Positions 1 through 8,727 of a DNA stretch of 64,000 nt are shown here, piece by piece. Every line of letters starts with the position of its first letter. Position 1 is the first letter of the stretch. Position numbers and translations under genes: made by a program. Below the pieces are notes generated by a model. The model worked only from the letters and a program-made list of their open reading frames with translations. It was not told where the DNA came from and did not search any database. Source of the DNA: an uncultured beta proteobacterium (GTDB lineage: Bacteria > Pseudomonadota > Gammaproteobacteria > Burkholderiales > Casimicrobiaceae); assembly GCA_963816915.1 (NCBI GenBank), contig CAWFMK010000002.1:280426-344425 (forward strand), in the 5' to 3' direction.

Positions 1-1
1 G

Positions 2-64
2 GCGAATGCCGCGAATGCGACCAAGGCCGCGACGTCGACGACCAAGGGCCGCAAGGCTGCGTAA
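2..64 (+). CDS. 3' end of a gene that starts upstream of the window; it has an Ala/Lys/Thr-rich basic tail
   Basis: The frame is open from the window edge: ...ANAANATKAATSTTKGRKAA, then TAA at 62-64. The product cannot be identified from 20 residues. Confidence 0.35.
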   Translation, partial: ANAANATKAATSTTKGRKAA

Positions 65-140
65 AGCTTGACCGGGTTAGACTACCGGCGAGGAACTTGA
101 AGGTGGAAGAACAGTCCTAACATCGTTGTTGATGTCTCCT

Positions 141-225
141 TTCCGCGCCACGCGCGGAACTGTGTGGTTTTCCTCCTCCTAAACCTCACAGCCTCAGCCC
201 CGGCAGCAATGCCGGGGCTTTTTTT
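141..225 (+). ncRNA. Candidate small RNA or structured 3' UTR: three consecutive hairpins, with middle loop UUUUCCUCCUCCUAAA
   Basis: Hairpins at 141-159 (8 bp), 160-191 (7 bp plus 1 mismatch, 16-nt CU-rich loop) and 196-219 (10 bp), followed by a T-run. See the finding. Confidence 0.3.
196..225 (+). terminator. Rho-independent terminator
   Basis: AGCCCCGGCA-GCAA-TGCCGGGGCT stem-loop directly followed by a run of 7 T. Confidence 0.75.
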
Positions 226-253
226 ATCCGTGATTTCCCGCTCGATCTGCAGA

Positions 254-715
254 TCAATTCTGCGTGCGCGAGCACTCGACGTTCATTTCCTTGCACAGGT
301 TGAGCACGCGCTCGAGGATCAGCGCCGCCGCGTTCTGCTGCTTCCCACTGTGCGCCGATGAAATCAGGATGTGCGACAGGTTGTCCGATAGCGCGTTGAT
401 CTGCAGCCCGGCGATCTGCTCGCCGTTGGTGAACTGTATCAGCCGCTGAGTGTCGTTCTGCTTGGTGACCGTGATACCGGGCGAGGCGCGGATGTTGCGC
501 GTTGCGACAGCGTAAACCTTGTCGGCGGGCACCTCGACCATTACCGCGGCGGAATCGTAGGCGACACCGCCGTTAGGCTGCTGCTGCGACATCTGCTCGA
601 CGCGCCCGACCGCGCGGCGCGCGAGCATCACCCATTGCGCTTCGGCGAGGGTCGAGGCGACGGTGGCGGTAAACGCCAGCGCGATCAGGGTCAAGCGCGT
701 TTGACGGCTGTGCAC
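254..715 (-). CDS. Hypothetical secreted protein (153 aa)
   Basis: GTG start preceded by AAGGAG. The N-terminus is signal-peptide-like (LTLIALAFTATVASTLAEA). It is co-directional with, and 52 nt downstream of, the giant repeat-protein gene. No family recognised. Confidence 0.6.
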   Translation of the reverse strand: MHSRQTRLTLIALAFTATVASTLAEAQWVMLARRAVGRVEQMSQQQPNGGVAYDSAAVMVEVPADKVYAVATRNIRASPGITVTKQNDTQRLIQFTNGEQIAGLQINALSDNLSHILISSAHSGKQQNAAALILERVLNLCKEMNVECSRTQN

Positions 716-767
716 GTTCGAAGCTCCTTACGCCGATCGACGCGAAAGTCGCTGGATGTTGCGGGCG

Positions 768-3409
768 CTAGCGACGCCGTCCTCCGGCTCCCGCGCGCCC
801 GGCGCCACCTCCGGTGAACTCTTGTCCGCCCGAGCCGCGGAATTGCTGCTGGCGTTGCGCGCCCATAGTACGCGCCTCACGGTCCTGGTCTAGCTGTCCG
901 AGATTGGCCGATGAAGCCGGCTGCGTCGCGGCGTTGCGCGTGCCGGTCTGCGCGGTTGCGTTTTGCCGCGAAGGCGACTGCACCGACGACCACGACCCGT
1001 CGTTGTACTTCTGCCATCCGCTGTCGGTCTTCTTGTAGACGTTGCCGTCGGCGCCTGCGTACACGTCGCCGCCCGCGCCTTTCACAACGCCGGCGCTGTT
1101 GCCGCCGGCGCCGCGAACCGCCGCGCCCTCGCGCGCCGCTGCTCGAACTGAACGATCCCGCACTGCCGCGTGCGTTGCTCTGACTTTGCGTGTGCACCGT
1201 CTGGTTGGGCCCCGCCACCGTGCTCGATCCCCATCGACCGTAGGCGTTGCTGTTCTGACTGGTCGAGCCGGCGCGCCCGGTGCGCGCGTTGTACCAGTCC
1301 GCATTGCCCGCTGCGCCGTTCGGTCCCCACACTGCGCTGCCGTGCGCGTAGCTGCCGGTGCTCGGGTTGTACGCCGAGAACGCGCCCGCGCCACCGTTGG
1401 GACCATAGATCGCGCCGCCCTGAGCCCATGCGCCGGTCGCGGTGTTGTAGGCCGTGCCTGCCTTTGGCGACGCCGCCGTAGGGACCGTAGATCGCGCCGC
1501 CGTGCGCCCATGCGCCGGTCGCCGCGTTGTAGTACGTCGCACCCGCGTACGAATACGGATACGAGTAGTAGATCGGAATCGGTGCCAGATAGACGTAAGG
1601 CGGGTAATACCAGCCGGTGCCGTAGACGACCACGCCCGCGCTCACGTAACCTAGCGTGTAGCCGGCGGTGTAGCCGTAAGTGATCGCATCCGCCGACGCA
1701 TCGTAGACGCGCACGTACGTCACGCGATAGAGCGGACTGCTCGGCGGGATCGTGTAGATGATCTCGGGGACATCCGCGGTCAGCACCCACGGTCCGTTCA
1801 CCGAGCTCGCGCTGAACCATGCGCCCTGCCAGCAGAGGTAGTACGCCTCGCCGAGCCTGATCACATCGAAGGAGGTGTTGGTTGCATAGGTCATCGGCGT
1901 GTTGGCGATCGGCGCGAATTGCGGCGCGCCGGCGTAGACGACGTAGACTTTCGCATTGGCACGACTCAGCGTCGCCTTTTGCGGGATCTGCGCCTGGATC
2001 AGCGCTTCCTTCGCCTGCGGCGTTCCCGGCACCGAAGCGAGCACGAAGCCGCGTGGGCCGTCCGGCGCGATGCGCGCAAAATCGGAAGGCAGCGACGCGG
2101 TGGCGAATTGCCATGGGCCTTGCAGGCTCGACGCGACGAACCAGCGCCCCGACACCAGGAAGTAGACGCGACCGTCGTCGATCGCACGAAACACCGCGGC
2201 ATCGCTGTTGGCAAGATACTGCAGTCGAGTGCCGGCAAGCGGCTTGTACTGCGGCGCTCCGCCCGTCACGATGATCTCGGCGGGCACCATCGACACGAAA
2301 ATCGACGGCGCATCCCTGCCCGCGAGGGGGCGCCCGGGAATCTGGCTTTTGACGCTCGCGAAGTTGGCATCACCGGGCAGTGCGGCGAAGTCGGAGGGCA
2401 GGGGACCCGACGGTACCCACGGCCCCTGCGCTCCGGGGGCCGTCATCCATGCGCCGTTGTTGAGCAGATACCACGTGTGCGTCTGCTCATCGACGAACAC
2501 GTCCCAGTTGGTGTTGACCGCGAACGACAGACGCGTTCCCGCGATCGGCGAGAGCACCGGCTCACCATCGAACACCACCAGGCTCGCCGGGCGTTCGCTC
2601 ACGAATATCGCCGGCGGGTCATTGTTCAGCGCAACGTCTGCGGATTTTTCGGTATGCCCGCGCAGGCTGATCAGGAGCGTATCCAGCGGCACGCGCTTGA
2701 CGCCCATGCTGTCGAGCACGGACTTGATCTTTGCGGCAACGAGCGCTTCCCGGTCGGCTTCGAGCATCGGAAAATGAATGGACAGCAGTCGCGCATTGGT
2801 CAGCGCGACGGTGCGCGATGCGAGGTCCGCCGACGTCGCGAAGGCAACGTCGATCGTGCCCAGCGAGGTGAGCTTGGTTTCCGCCGGGGTCACCGCGATG
2901 GCGATGCGCGTGTTCAACGTGTGACGTCCCGGCCACGAAACCACCTGCGGCTGATATACGACGGCCGTCCCTCCGGGGCCTGACAAGGTGTGCGGCCAGG
3001 TTGTCTCGTCGGCGGCGGTTGCGTCGCCTGCCGGCGGCACTGGCGCCGCTGGGCTGGCAGCTGCGGGTGGTCGAGGCGCAGGCACCTTGCTCACGCTCGA
3101 CAACGCCGACAGCGTGCGCTGGCACCCGGGAGAAAGCTGGGCGAAATGCATCTGCAGGCAGGCGAGGGCTTCGGACCCGCCCGAAGGTACGGTTGCGCAC
3201 TGCATCGCGTAGTCGGTGCGGCACGATTCGCGGATCGCGCTCGCCTGCGAAGGAGAAAGCTGCTGGGACGTCGCCGATGCCGCCACCAACGTAAAGGTGG
3301 TCACGACGAATGCGCCGCGCAGGCGCGACTCCAGGATGCTGTCGATGCTCAGACCCCTCCACTCTGTCATCATCGCGGCCGGATGCAACGCGTCGATCCG
3401 GACGTTCAA
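768..3409 (-). pseudogene. Large secreted repeat protein with a Tyr/Gly-rich C-terminal region; the reading frame is broken twice (pseudogene or local sequence errors)
   Basis: Three overlapping minus-strand ORFs in three frames (1082-3409, 877-1542, 768-2114) join into one continuous, repeat-consistent protein. GGAIYGPYGG (frame 1) continues as KAGTAYNTATGAWAQGGAIYGPNGG (frame 2) near 1462-1480. ...SFSSSSGARG (frame 2) continues as AVRGAGGNSAGVVKGAGGDVYAGADGNVYKKTDSGWQKY (frame 3) near 1110-1145. The N-terminus is signal-like, and there are three ~90-aa internal repeats (AGTRLSFAVNTNWDVF.. / AGTRLQYLANSDAAVF.. / ANTPMTYATNTSFDVI..). Confidence 0.6.
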
Positions 3410-3811
3410 ACTCGCGTGATTCTAAGGCAGCGAGCCATCGCGCCGTGCCGCGACCCGACGCACGGCGTTTCGACGCACAGCGCTGGCGCGCTGATCCAGC
3501 CCGGAGAGCGTGTTTGCGAGACGCCTTCCTGGCACTGTGACGAAAACGAGGAAGGATCAGCTTCTCGTGGTCCGAGCGCTCACATCGAAATGTTCGGGCG
3601 CCGCGCCGGGGGAACGGGATCTGGATGCTCATGCGGGCCCACACCGATTCGCAAGATTCGCAACGATTTGACAAGAAGTTAAAAGCGCCCTTTTACGCTT
3701 CTGTCTAGACTCCAACTCCTTAAGGGCGGTATTCAGTATCCCGCGCGCGAAATACCAGGATCCTGGGCTCGCATGACGCGCGTCGACGGACTGCGCTCGA
3801 AGGAGGAGTAA

Positions 3812-4324
3812 GTGCGCCATTCATCACTCGATGGGCCATGGCTCGGCACACGCTGGGCACCCATCTTCCGGGGCCGTTTTGTCGCGTTGATTCTTGCCTG
3901 CGTGTTAAGCGCAGCGCCCACGACTGCAGCAGAGATATTCAAGTGCGCCGCCAAAGATGGCACCGCGCTTTACCAGAATTTTCCTTGCAACATCGACTCG
4001 ATCGGTTCGGCGGCCTCGACTCCAGCGGCAACGGTGCCGCCGAGTGCACCGGCAACCAAGCCAAATTCGCCCCCCGTCGATGCGAGCCTGACAAAGTCGA
4101 ACACCATGCCGGTCAAGGTCACCTCAATCGGTCAATCGGGCGGCGCGAGCGAGCCCCGTATCGGCATGACCTCCGACGAAGTAAAGACGCTGTGGGGCGA
4201 GCCGGAGGAGATGGTTGACGACGAGCCTGTCGAGGGCGGTCCCGTTTCGAACTGGCGCTATGCGGACGGCAGGATCGTGCAATTCGATCACAAGCATCGT
4301 GTGTTGTCAGTACAGCGTTACTGA
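3812..4324 (+). CDS. DUF4124-like periplasmic protein
   Basis: GTG start 7 nt after AAGGAGGAG. A signal segment is followed by AEIFKCAAKDGTALYQNFPC, which matches the DUF4124 pattern (I/V)(Y/F)K(W/C)xDxxGxxxYxxxP. The C-terminus is BamE/SmpA-like (IGMTSDEVKTLWGEP...W.Y). Confidence 0.6.
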   Translation: MRHSSLDGPWLGTRWAPIFRGRFVALILACVLSAAPTTAAEIFKCAAKDGTALYQNFPCNIDSIGSAASTPAATVPPSAPATKPNSPPVDASLTKSNTMPVKVTSIGQSGGASEPRIGMTSDEVKTLWGEPEEMVDDEPVEGGPVSNWRYADGRIVQFDHKHRVLSVQRY

Positions 4325-4389
4325 GTCGGCCCCGTAGTTACATACGTATTTCTTGTAGTTGTGGTTGAAGGTCACCAAAGGAGGAGCAC

Positions 4390-6084
4390 ATGGACGCGTC
4401 ACTTATTCGAGGCAGCAAACTGCAGCTCGCGGCGCTGTCGGGCGCTGTTGCGCTCGCATTGGTCGCCGCAAGCGCGCAGGCTCAGATCAGCCAGAGTGCA
4501 GAGCGGAAGAACATCAATCGAGTAGGGCACACCGACCTGCAGGGCCGTGCCACTTACCAGCCGAACGTCATCCAGTACCCGGATGGGCGCACGATCCTGT
4601 TCGTGGGACAGCACAACAACATTCCGGTAAACCGTGGTGGGTGTCCGACCGACCAGGCGCCAAATCCGCTGGAGGCGGGGTCGCCGTGCAGAGCCAACGG
4701 AACGATGATCATCGACGTCACCGATCCGACCAACCCGGTGGAGAAGTCCCTGATACCGTCGCCCGCCGGTGGTCAGTCGCAAATGGTGCGTATGTGCCTG
4801 GGTTCCGTGCTTCCAGGCGGTCACGCCGGCAGTGTTTACCTCCTGCGCAACGTTCAGGGCGGCGCGTCAGCGGGCTACGAGCAATGGGACGTGACCAATG
4901 TCTCGGCGCCTGTGCTTCTCAAGTCCCTCACGCATATTCGCAGTACGCATAAGGACTGGTGGGAGTGCAACAGCGGCATCGCATACATGCCGGGCAGCAG
5001 GGACGCCACCAGCACGCCGGCAGGCACGCCGTTGTGGCGCCAGTCGCAGGCGATGCTGATCTACGATTGGGGCAATCCGCATAACGGTGCGCCACCGGTC
5101 TACATCCGCACCTTCGGTCTGCCCGGCGGGCAACCGACAGGCACGGGAGGGGTGCCCAACTCGCTGCACGGCGCCATCTCCGGACACGAGCATCCCAACG
5201 CGGCCACCCGGTTGACGCGTGGCGCCACCGCAAGCGACATCATCGGCAACCGCGTCTACGCGGCATGGGGTGTCGGCGACGACGGCGTGATGACCATCAT
5301 CGACCGCAATAAGCTGCTGCCGGCGGCCTACGGCGGCACGTGGGCCCCGGGGCCGGGCGCAGGAGGCGTGGGCAACAACGCGGACAATCCGGCCGAGTCC
5401 GAATTGTACGGGCCGACCTCGCCGACGGTCGGGTATTACACGATGTCGCCCGATGAAGGCGGACACACGTCGTGGCCGATCTTCGGGCTGCAACCACCCA
5501 GCTTCCAGTTTCACAACGAGTTCGCGACGCGCGATATCGTGGTGCTGACTTCGGAAGCGACGGCCGACGGCGTCAACGGCCGCTGCAACGAGGCGCCGCA
5601 CCCGACGTTCCTCGTGGATGTGACGGTCGAGAACTCGATGACCTCGCCGCCCGGAACGCGCGTTGAGCATGATGCCTACCAGGGACCGATGGGAACGGCG
5701 ACGCTGTGGGTCGATCCGCGCTTCGGCGAAAGATACCCACGCGGGAACTACTGCGCCCGCGGTGCACGCTTTGGCGCCCACTCGACATGGGAGAACTTCA
5801 ACAGCCCCGCGTACAATAAACTGGTCGCCGTTTCGTACTTCAACGCTGGCCTACGTATCTGGGATATCCGCGAGCCGTACAACCCGATCCAGGTTGCGTT
5901 CTACGTTCCGGAGGCCAACGCCAACACGGACCCGGCAGGCTACATGACCAACAACGTCGAGATGGACAATCGCGGCTACATCTACATCGTCGACCGCAAT
6001 GGTGCTGGCATGGATGTCCTGCAACTGTTCGGATGTGCGGCTGCGATTGTCAGCTCGGGTGGCTCTTGTCCGCCCATCCAGTAA
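4390..6084 (+). CDS. Secreted LVIVD-repeat / beta-propeller-like protein (564 aa)
   Basis: ATG after GGAGGAG. Signal peptide (LAALSGAVALALVAASAQA). Repeated hydrophobic-strand motifs such as YIYIVDRNGAGMDVLQL and RVYAAWGVGDDGVMTIIDRN are typical of LVIVD repeats. The family assignment is from memory. Confidence 0.5.
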   Translation: MDASLIRGSKLQLAALSGAVALALVAASAQAQISQSAERKNINRVGHTDLQGRATYQPNVIQYPDGRTILFVGQHNNIPVNRGGCPTDQAPNPLEAGSPCRANGTMIIDVTDPTNPVEKSLIPSPAGGQSQMVRMCLGSVLPGGHAGSVYLLRNVQGGASAGYEQWDVTNVSAPVLLKSLTHIRSTHKDWWECNSGIAYMPGSRDATSTPAGTPLWRQSQAMLIYDWGNPHNGAPPVYIRTFGLPGGQPTGTGGVPNSLHGAISGHEHPNAATRLTRGATASDIIGNRVYAAWGVGDDGVMTIIDRNKLLPAAYGGTWAPGPGAGGVGNNADNPAESELYGPTSPTVGYYTMSPDEGGHTSWPIFGLQPPSFQFHNEFATRDIVVLTSEATADGVNGRCNEAPHPTFLVDVTVENSMTSPPGTRVEHDAYQGPMGTATLWVDPRFGERYPRGNYCARGARFGAHSTWENFNSPAYNKLVAVSYFNAGLRIWDIREPYNPIQVAFYVPEANANTDPAGYMTNNVEMDNRGYIYIVDRNGAGMDVLQLFGCAAAIVSSGGSCPPIQ

Positions 6085-6168
6085 CGGTGGAAAAGGAGAA
6101 AAGAGGCGAAGCAGCGCCAACGTTGGACTTCCTGGGCTGAGCCCGGGAGTGTCGTTCGCAACACAATC

Positions 6169-6205
6169 GGCCGGCTCGATGCGCAACGCATCGAGCCGGC
6201 CTTTG
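6169..6205 (+). terminator. Rho-independent terminator after the LVIVD gene
   Basis: 15-bp perfect stem GGCCGGCTCGATGCG-CAA-CGCATCGAGCCGGCC followed by TTTGT. Confidence 0.6.
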
Positions 6206-6231
6206 TCGTCAAGCTCTCTCTGGGAGCGTCC

Positions 6232-6639
6232 ATGAAACGAATGAAAACGCGTCCCTTGGTAATCGCGTCGATTTTCAATCTGCTCGCATTCGGGATCGCC
6301 TGCGCACACGGCGACCACCCATCAACGCACGGTGGAACCGTGGGGCGGGGAAACGACGAGATCGTGGTCGAATTCGTCATGGAGAAGGGCAAGCTCAACC
6401 TGTACGTCGACGACGAAGCAGGCAAGCCGCTTGCGACCGAAAACGTCACCGGCACAGTGACTCTTATTCGTCCGCAGCACCCCGCCCAGGAAGTTAAGCT
6501 GGTCCATGCGGGCGCCCACAAGTTTACGGCGCCCGGCATCGAGCCGGTTCAGGGAGACAGGTTGAGAGCGCGCATCACGCTCCCCAGCGGCGAGGAGGTC
6601 GAGTCAGTCGCTTTATTCAGCCAAGCCAAGCGAGATTAG
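6232..6639 (+). CDS. Small periplasmic protein (135 aa); the predicted mature N-terminus is His-rich (HGDHPSTHGG)
   Basis: GGGAG RBS. Signal peptide ending ..FGIACA|HGDH. The remainder looks like a beta-rich domain. No family recognised. Confidence 0.6.
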   Translation: MKRMKTRPLVIASIFNLLAFGIACAHGDHPSTHGGTVGRGNDEIVVEFVMEKGKLNLYVDDEAGKPLATENVTGTVTLIRPQHPAQEVKLVHAGAHKFTAPGIEPVQGDRLRARITLPSGEEVESVALFSQAKRD

Positions 6640-6816
6640 CCTTGTCTCTGTCTGTGTCGGCAACTGCGGTCCTCGCCGAGCGACTTTGCGCTTAGCGCTT
6701 AGCGTTACCGAGGCCACTCGTACTGCGACGAAGAGGTTACGCGGCGTCGTTGCGGTGAGCCAACATAGGTTACCGCTCTGAGCCCAGATGGAGCGATGCA
6801 CCTTGTGCACCAATGA

Positions 6817-6841
6817 AAACGGCGGCTGAAGCCGCCGTTTT
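6817..6841. terminator. Bidirectional intrinsic terminator between convergent genes
   Basis: AAAAC-GGCGGC-TGAA-GCCGCC-GTTTT. It has an A-run and a T-run on either side and lies between 6232-6639(+) and 6864-7469(-). Confidence 0.7.
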
Positions 6842-6863
6842 CACGAGTGACAAAGGCCAGACG

Positions 6864-7469
6864 CTATTGCGCTTTACGCCTCCGCCCCGCCCACAGCCCG
6901 GCCAGACCTATTCCAAGCAATGCCATCGTTCCAGGCTCAGGAACCCTGACCGAAGCCGCGTCCAGGAAGAGGAATCCAGGGTCGTCACGGAAGCTGAACG
7001 CCAACGTTTCCGAGGTTGCCGTTGCCCGAGTGCCAAAGCTGAAGGGCTGGTAAGGACCGGCGGCAGGATTGGTCAGACTGACGAGGCTCACGCCGCCGAA
7101 CGACGCGGAAAAGCTGGATGGATTGCCGCCGTCCGGTAGAAACGCGAACGAGATGACGACGGGCGCGCCCACGGTCAAGTTTTGCACAGTCTGGCTTATC
7201 CCTCCCGTCGAGCCGACGGGCCCGAAGAAGGCACTGCAATTGCCTTCGAACACGGTCGGGCCGGGGCCGGGACACTGGACGCCGTCGAACGATGTATTCC
7301 CGGTGGCTGTCCAGCCAGTGAAATCACCCGTCTCGAAGCCGCCATTCGTTACGAGATTGGGGGCCGCAAGCACGGGCACCGCGGCTGTCACGGCAAAACC
7401 CGCGGCCACGGCTAAAGTAGCGATGCGCCGCAAAGCGCGCTTCGCAGGTGTTTTGCTCAATCTCGTCAT
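6864..7469 (-). CDS. PEP-CTERM sorting-domain protein with an N-terminal CBM-like domain
   Basis: The C-terminus VPEPGTMALLGIGLAGLWAGRRRKAQ gives PEP, a TM helix and a basic tail. ATG at 7469 lies 5 nt after GGAGG. There is a signal peptide, and the NGGFETGDFTGWT motif is typical of CBM4/9-like beta-sandwich modules. Confidence 0.85.
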   Translation of the reverse strand: MTRLSKTPAKRALRRIATLAVAAGFAVTAAVPVLAAPNLVTNGGFETGDFTGWTATGNTSFDGVQCPGPGPTVFEGNCSAFFGPVGSTGGISQTVQNLTVGAPVVISFAFLPDGGNPSSFSASFGGVSLVSLTNPAAGPYQPFSFGTRATATSETLAFSFRDDPGFLFLDAASVRVPEPGTMALLGIGLAGLWAGRRRKAQ

Positions 7470-7724
7470 GGTTGCCTCCAAATGGTGTTCTGTGGCCAGG
7501 AGTGGCGGTTGCGCAAGGACGCGTGTACGTGTAAGCAACAATCGTGCACGACAAATTGTTCACGAATAAAAACAAGCACTAATACAGCCCGAAGCGCGAC
7601 ACGAGGCAGGTATAGGCCCCTCCAGTGTCAAAATTTTCGACAGTGGCAAAGCGCGTAGCAACCCTAGCGGATGCTGATATGGGCGCGACCCGCGGTCAGC
7701 CGTTCTTCCAAGCCTTGAGCGCGG

Positions 7725-8660
7725 CTACCCTTCGCTGCGGTAGCTCCGCGGCGTCCGTCCGGTCACCCGGTGAAAAACAACGGAAAAATTGCTCTGGTGG
7801 GCAAATCCGACCTGATGCGCGATTTCACTGATGGACAGATCGGTTTCGCAGAGCAGTATCTTGGCGCGATCGATGCGACGTTGGGTCAAGAAGCGGTGGG
7901 GCGCGAGTCCGGTTGTCTTCCTGAACGCGTGCGCGAAGTGGAACGGACTCATCGACAGGGTGGCAGACAGTCTTTGAAGCGTCAGTTCATCGCGCAGGTG
8001 GTCATCGATGTAATCGGTCACGCGCTGCAGCTTGAATCGAGGCAGCTTGGGCGAGGATACAGGGCTGATTTTGCCCGCAGTCGAGTAATTCCGCAGCAAG
8101 TGAACGGTAAGTGCCGTGGCCAGGGAATCGGCATATAGCGGGCCGGCCAGGTTATCGGTCTCGAGTTCTGCGAGAAGGCGTCGCGCCACGTCTTCGATGT
8201 ACGCGTCACGCGTGCCAAAGTTGTCCAAAAGCTCGACAGGCCGGGAGCCGTTCGCACGGAGTTCATCAACAATTCCCGCGAAGTGCGAAGGCGCAAGCTG
8301 CAGCTTCACCAGCTCGGCTTCGTCCCTGTGGCGCAATGCCTTCGGCTCGCCTGCGGGCGAGACCAGGACGTCTCCGGCGCGCATGGTCCGCCGAACGACG
8401 CGTCCGTAACGCTGCTGCAGCAAGTCGACCGGGCCGCGGAGGAATACCGTAACGGTGTGCTCGGGTACGGCCTTGACGAAGTCCACGTCGTGGACGCGGT
8501 AGAGCTCGACCAGAATGCCATTCCATTGCCGCGATCGGCTCGATGAGAGCGGTTTGGGAATGTGTTCCGATGTGCGCCCAAAAGCTTGCGCGTTCGGCGG
8601 CTTGTGTGAAGCCAAGGCTTCCTCCTTTCGCCGCGGCGTCGAGGCTGATGTGCCGGCCAT
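7725..8660 (-). CDS. AraC family transcriptional regulator
   Basis: C-terminal double HTH (..MSPFHFAHAFRKTTGLAPHRFLTQRRIDRAKILLCETDLSISEIAHQVGFAHQSNFSVVFHRVTGRTPRSYR). Cupin-like N-terminal half. Start chosen at MAGTSAS (8660); the ORF is open up to 8777. Confidence 0.85.
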   Translation of the reverse strand: MAGTSASTPRRKEEALASHKPPNAQAFGRTSEHIPKPLSSSRSRQWNGILVELYRVHDVDFVKAVPEHTVTVFLRGPVDLLQQRYGRVVRRTMRAGDVLVSPAGEPKALRHRDEAELVKLQLAPSHFAGIVDELRANGSRPVELLDNFGTRDAYIEDVARRLLAELETDNLAGPLYADSLATALTVHLLRNYSTAGKISPVSSPKLPRFKLQRVTDYIDDHLRDELTLQRLSATLSMSPFHFAHAFRKTTGLAPHRFLTQRRIDRAKILLCETDLSISEIAHQVGFAHQSNFSVVFHRVTGRTPRSYRSEG

Positions 8661-8727
8661 TGGCCGTCCCACAGCACGTCGCTGCTCGCGATAGCGCGCC
8701 CTCCCTCGCGCTAGTTTTGTTAGGTGA

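Noticed and set aside
7535-7549. Sigma54-like promoter upstream of the PEP-CTERM gene (minus strand GTGCAC-GATTG-TTGC).
   Set aside because: The spacing and the TTGC -12 element fit, but the essential GG of the -24 element is TG. That is too weak to call without an activator gene nearby.
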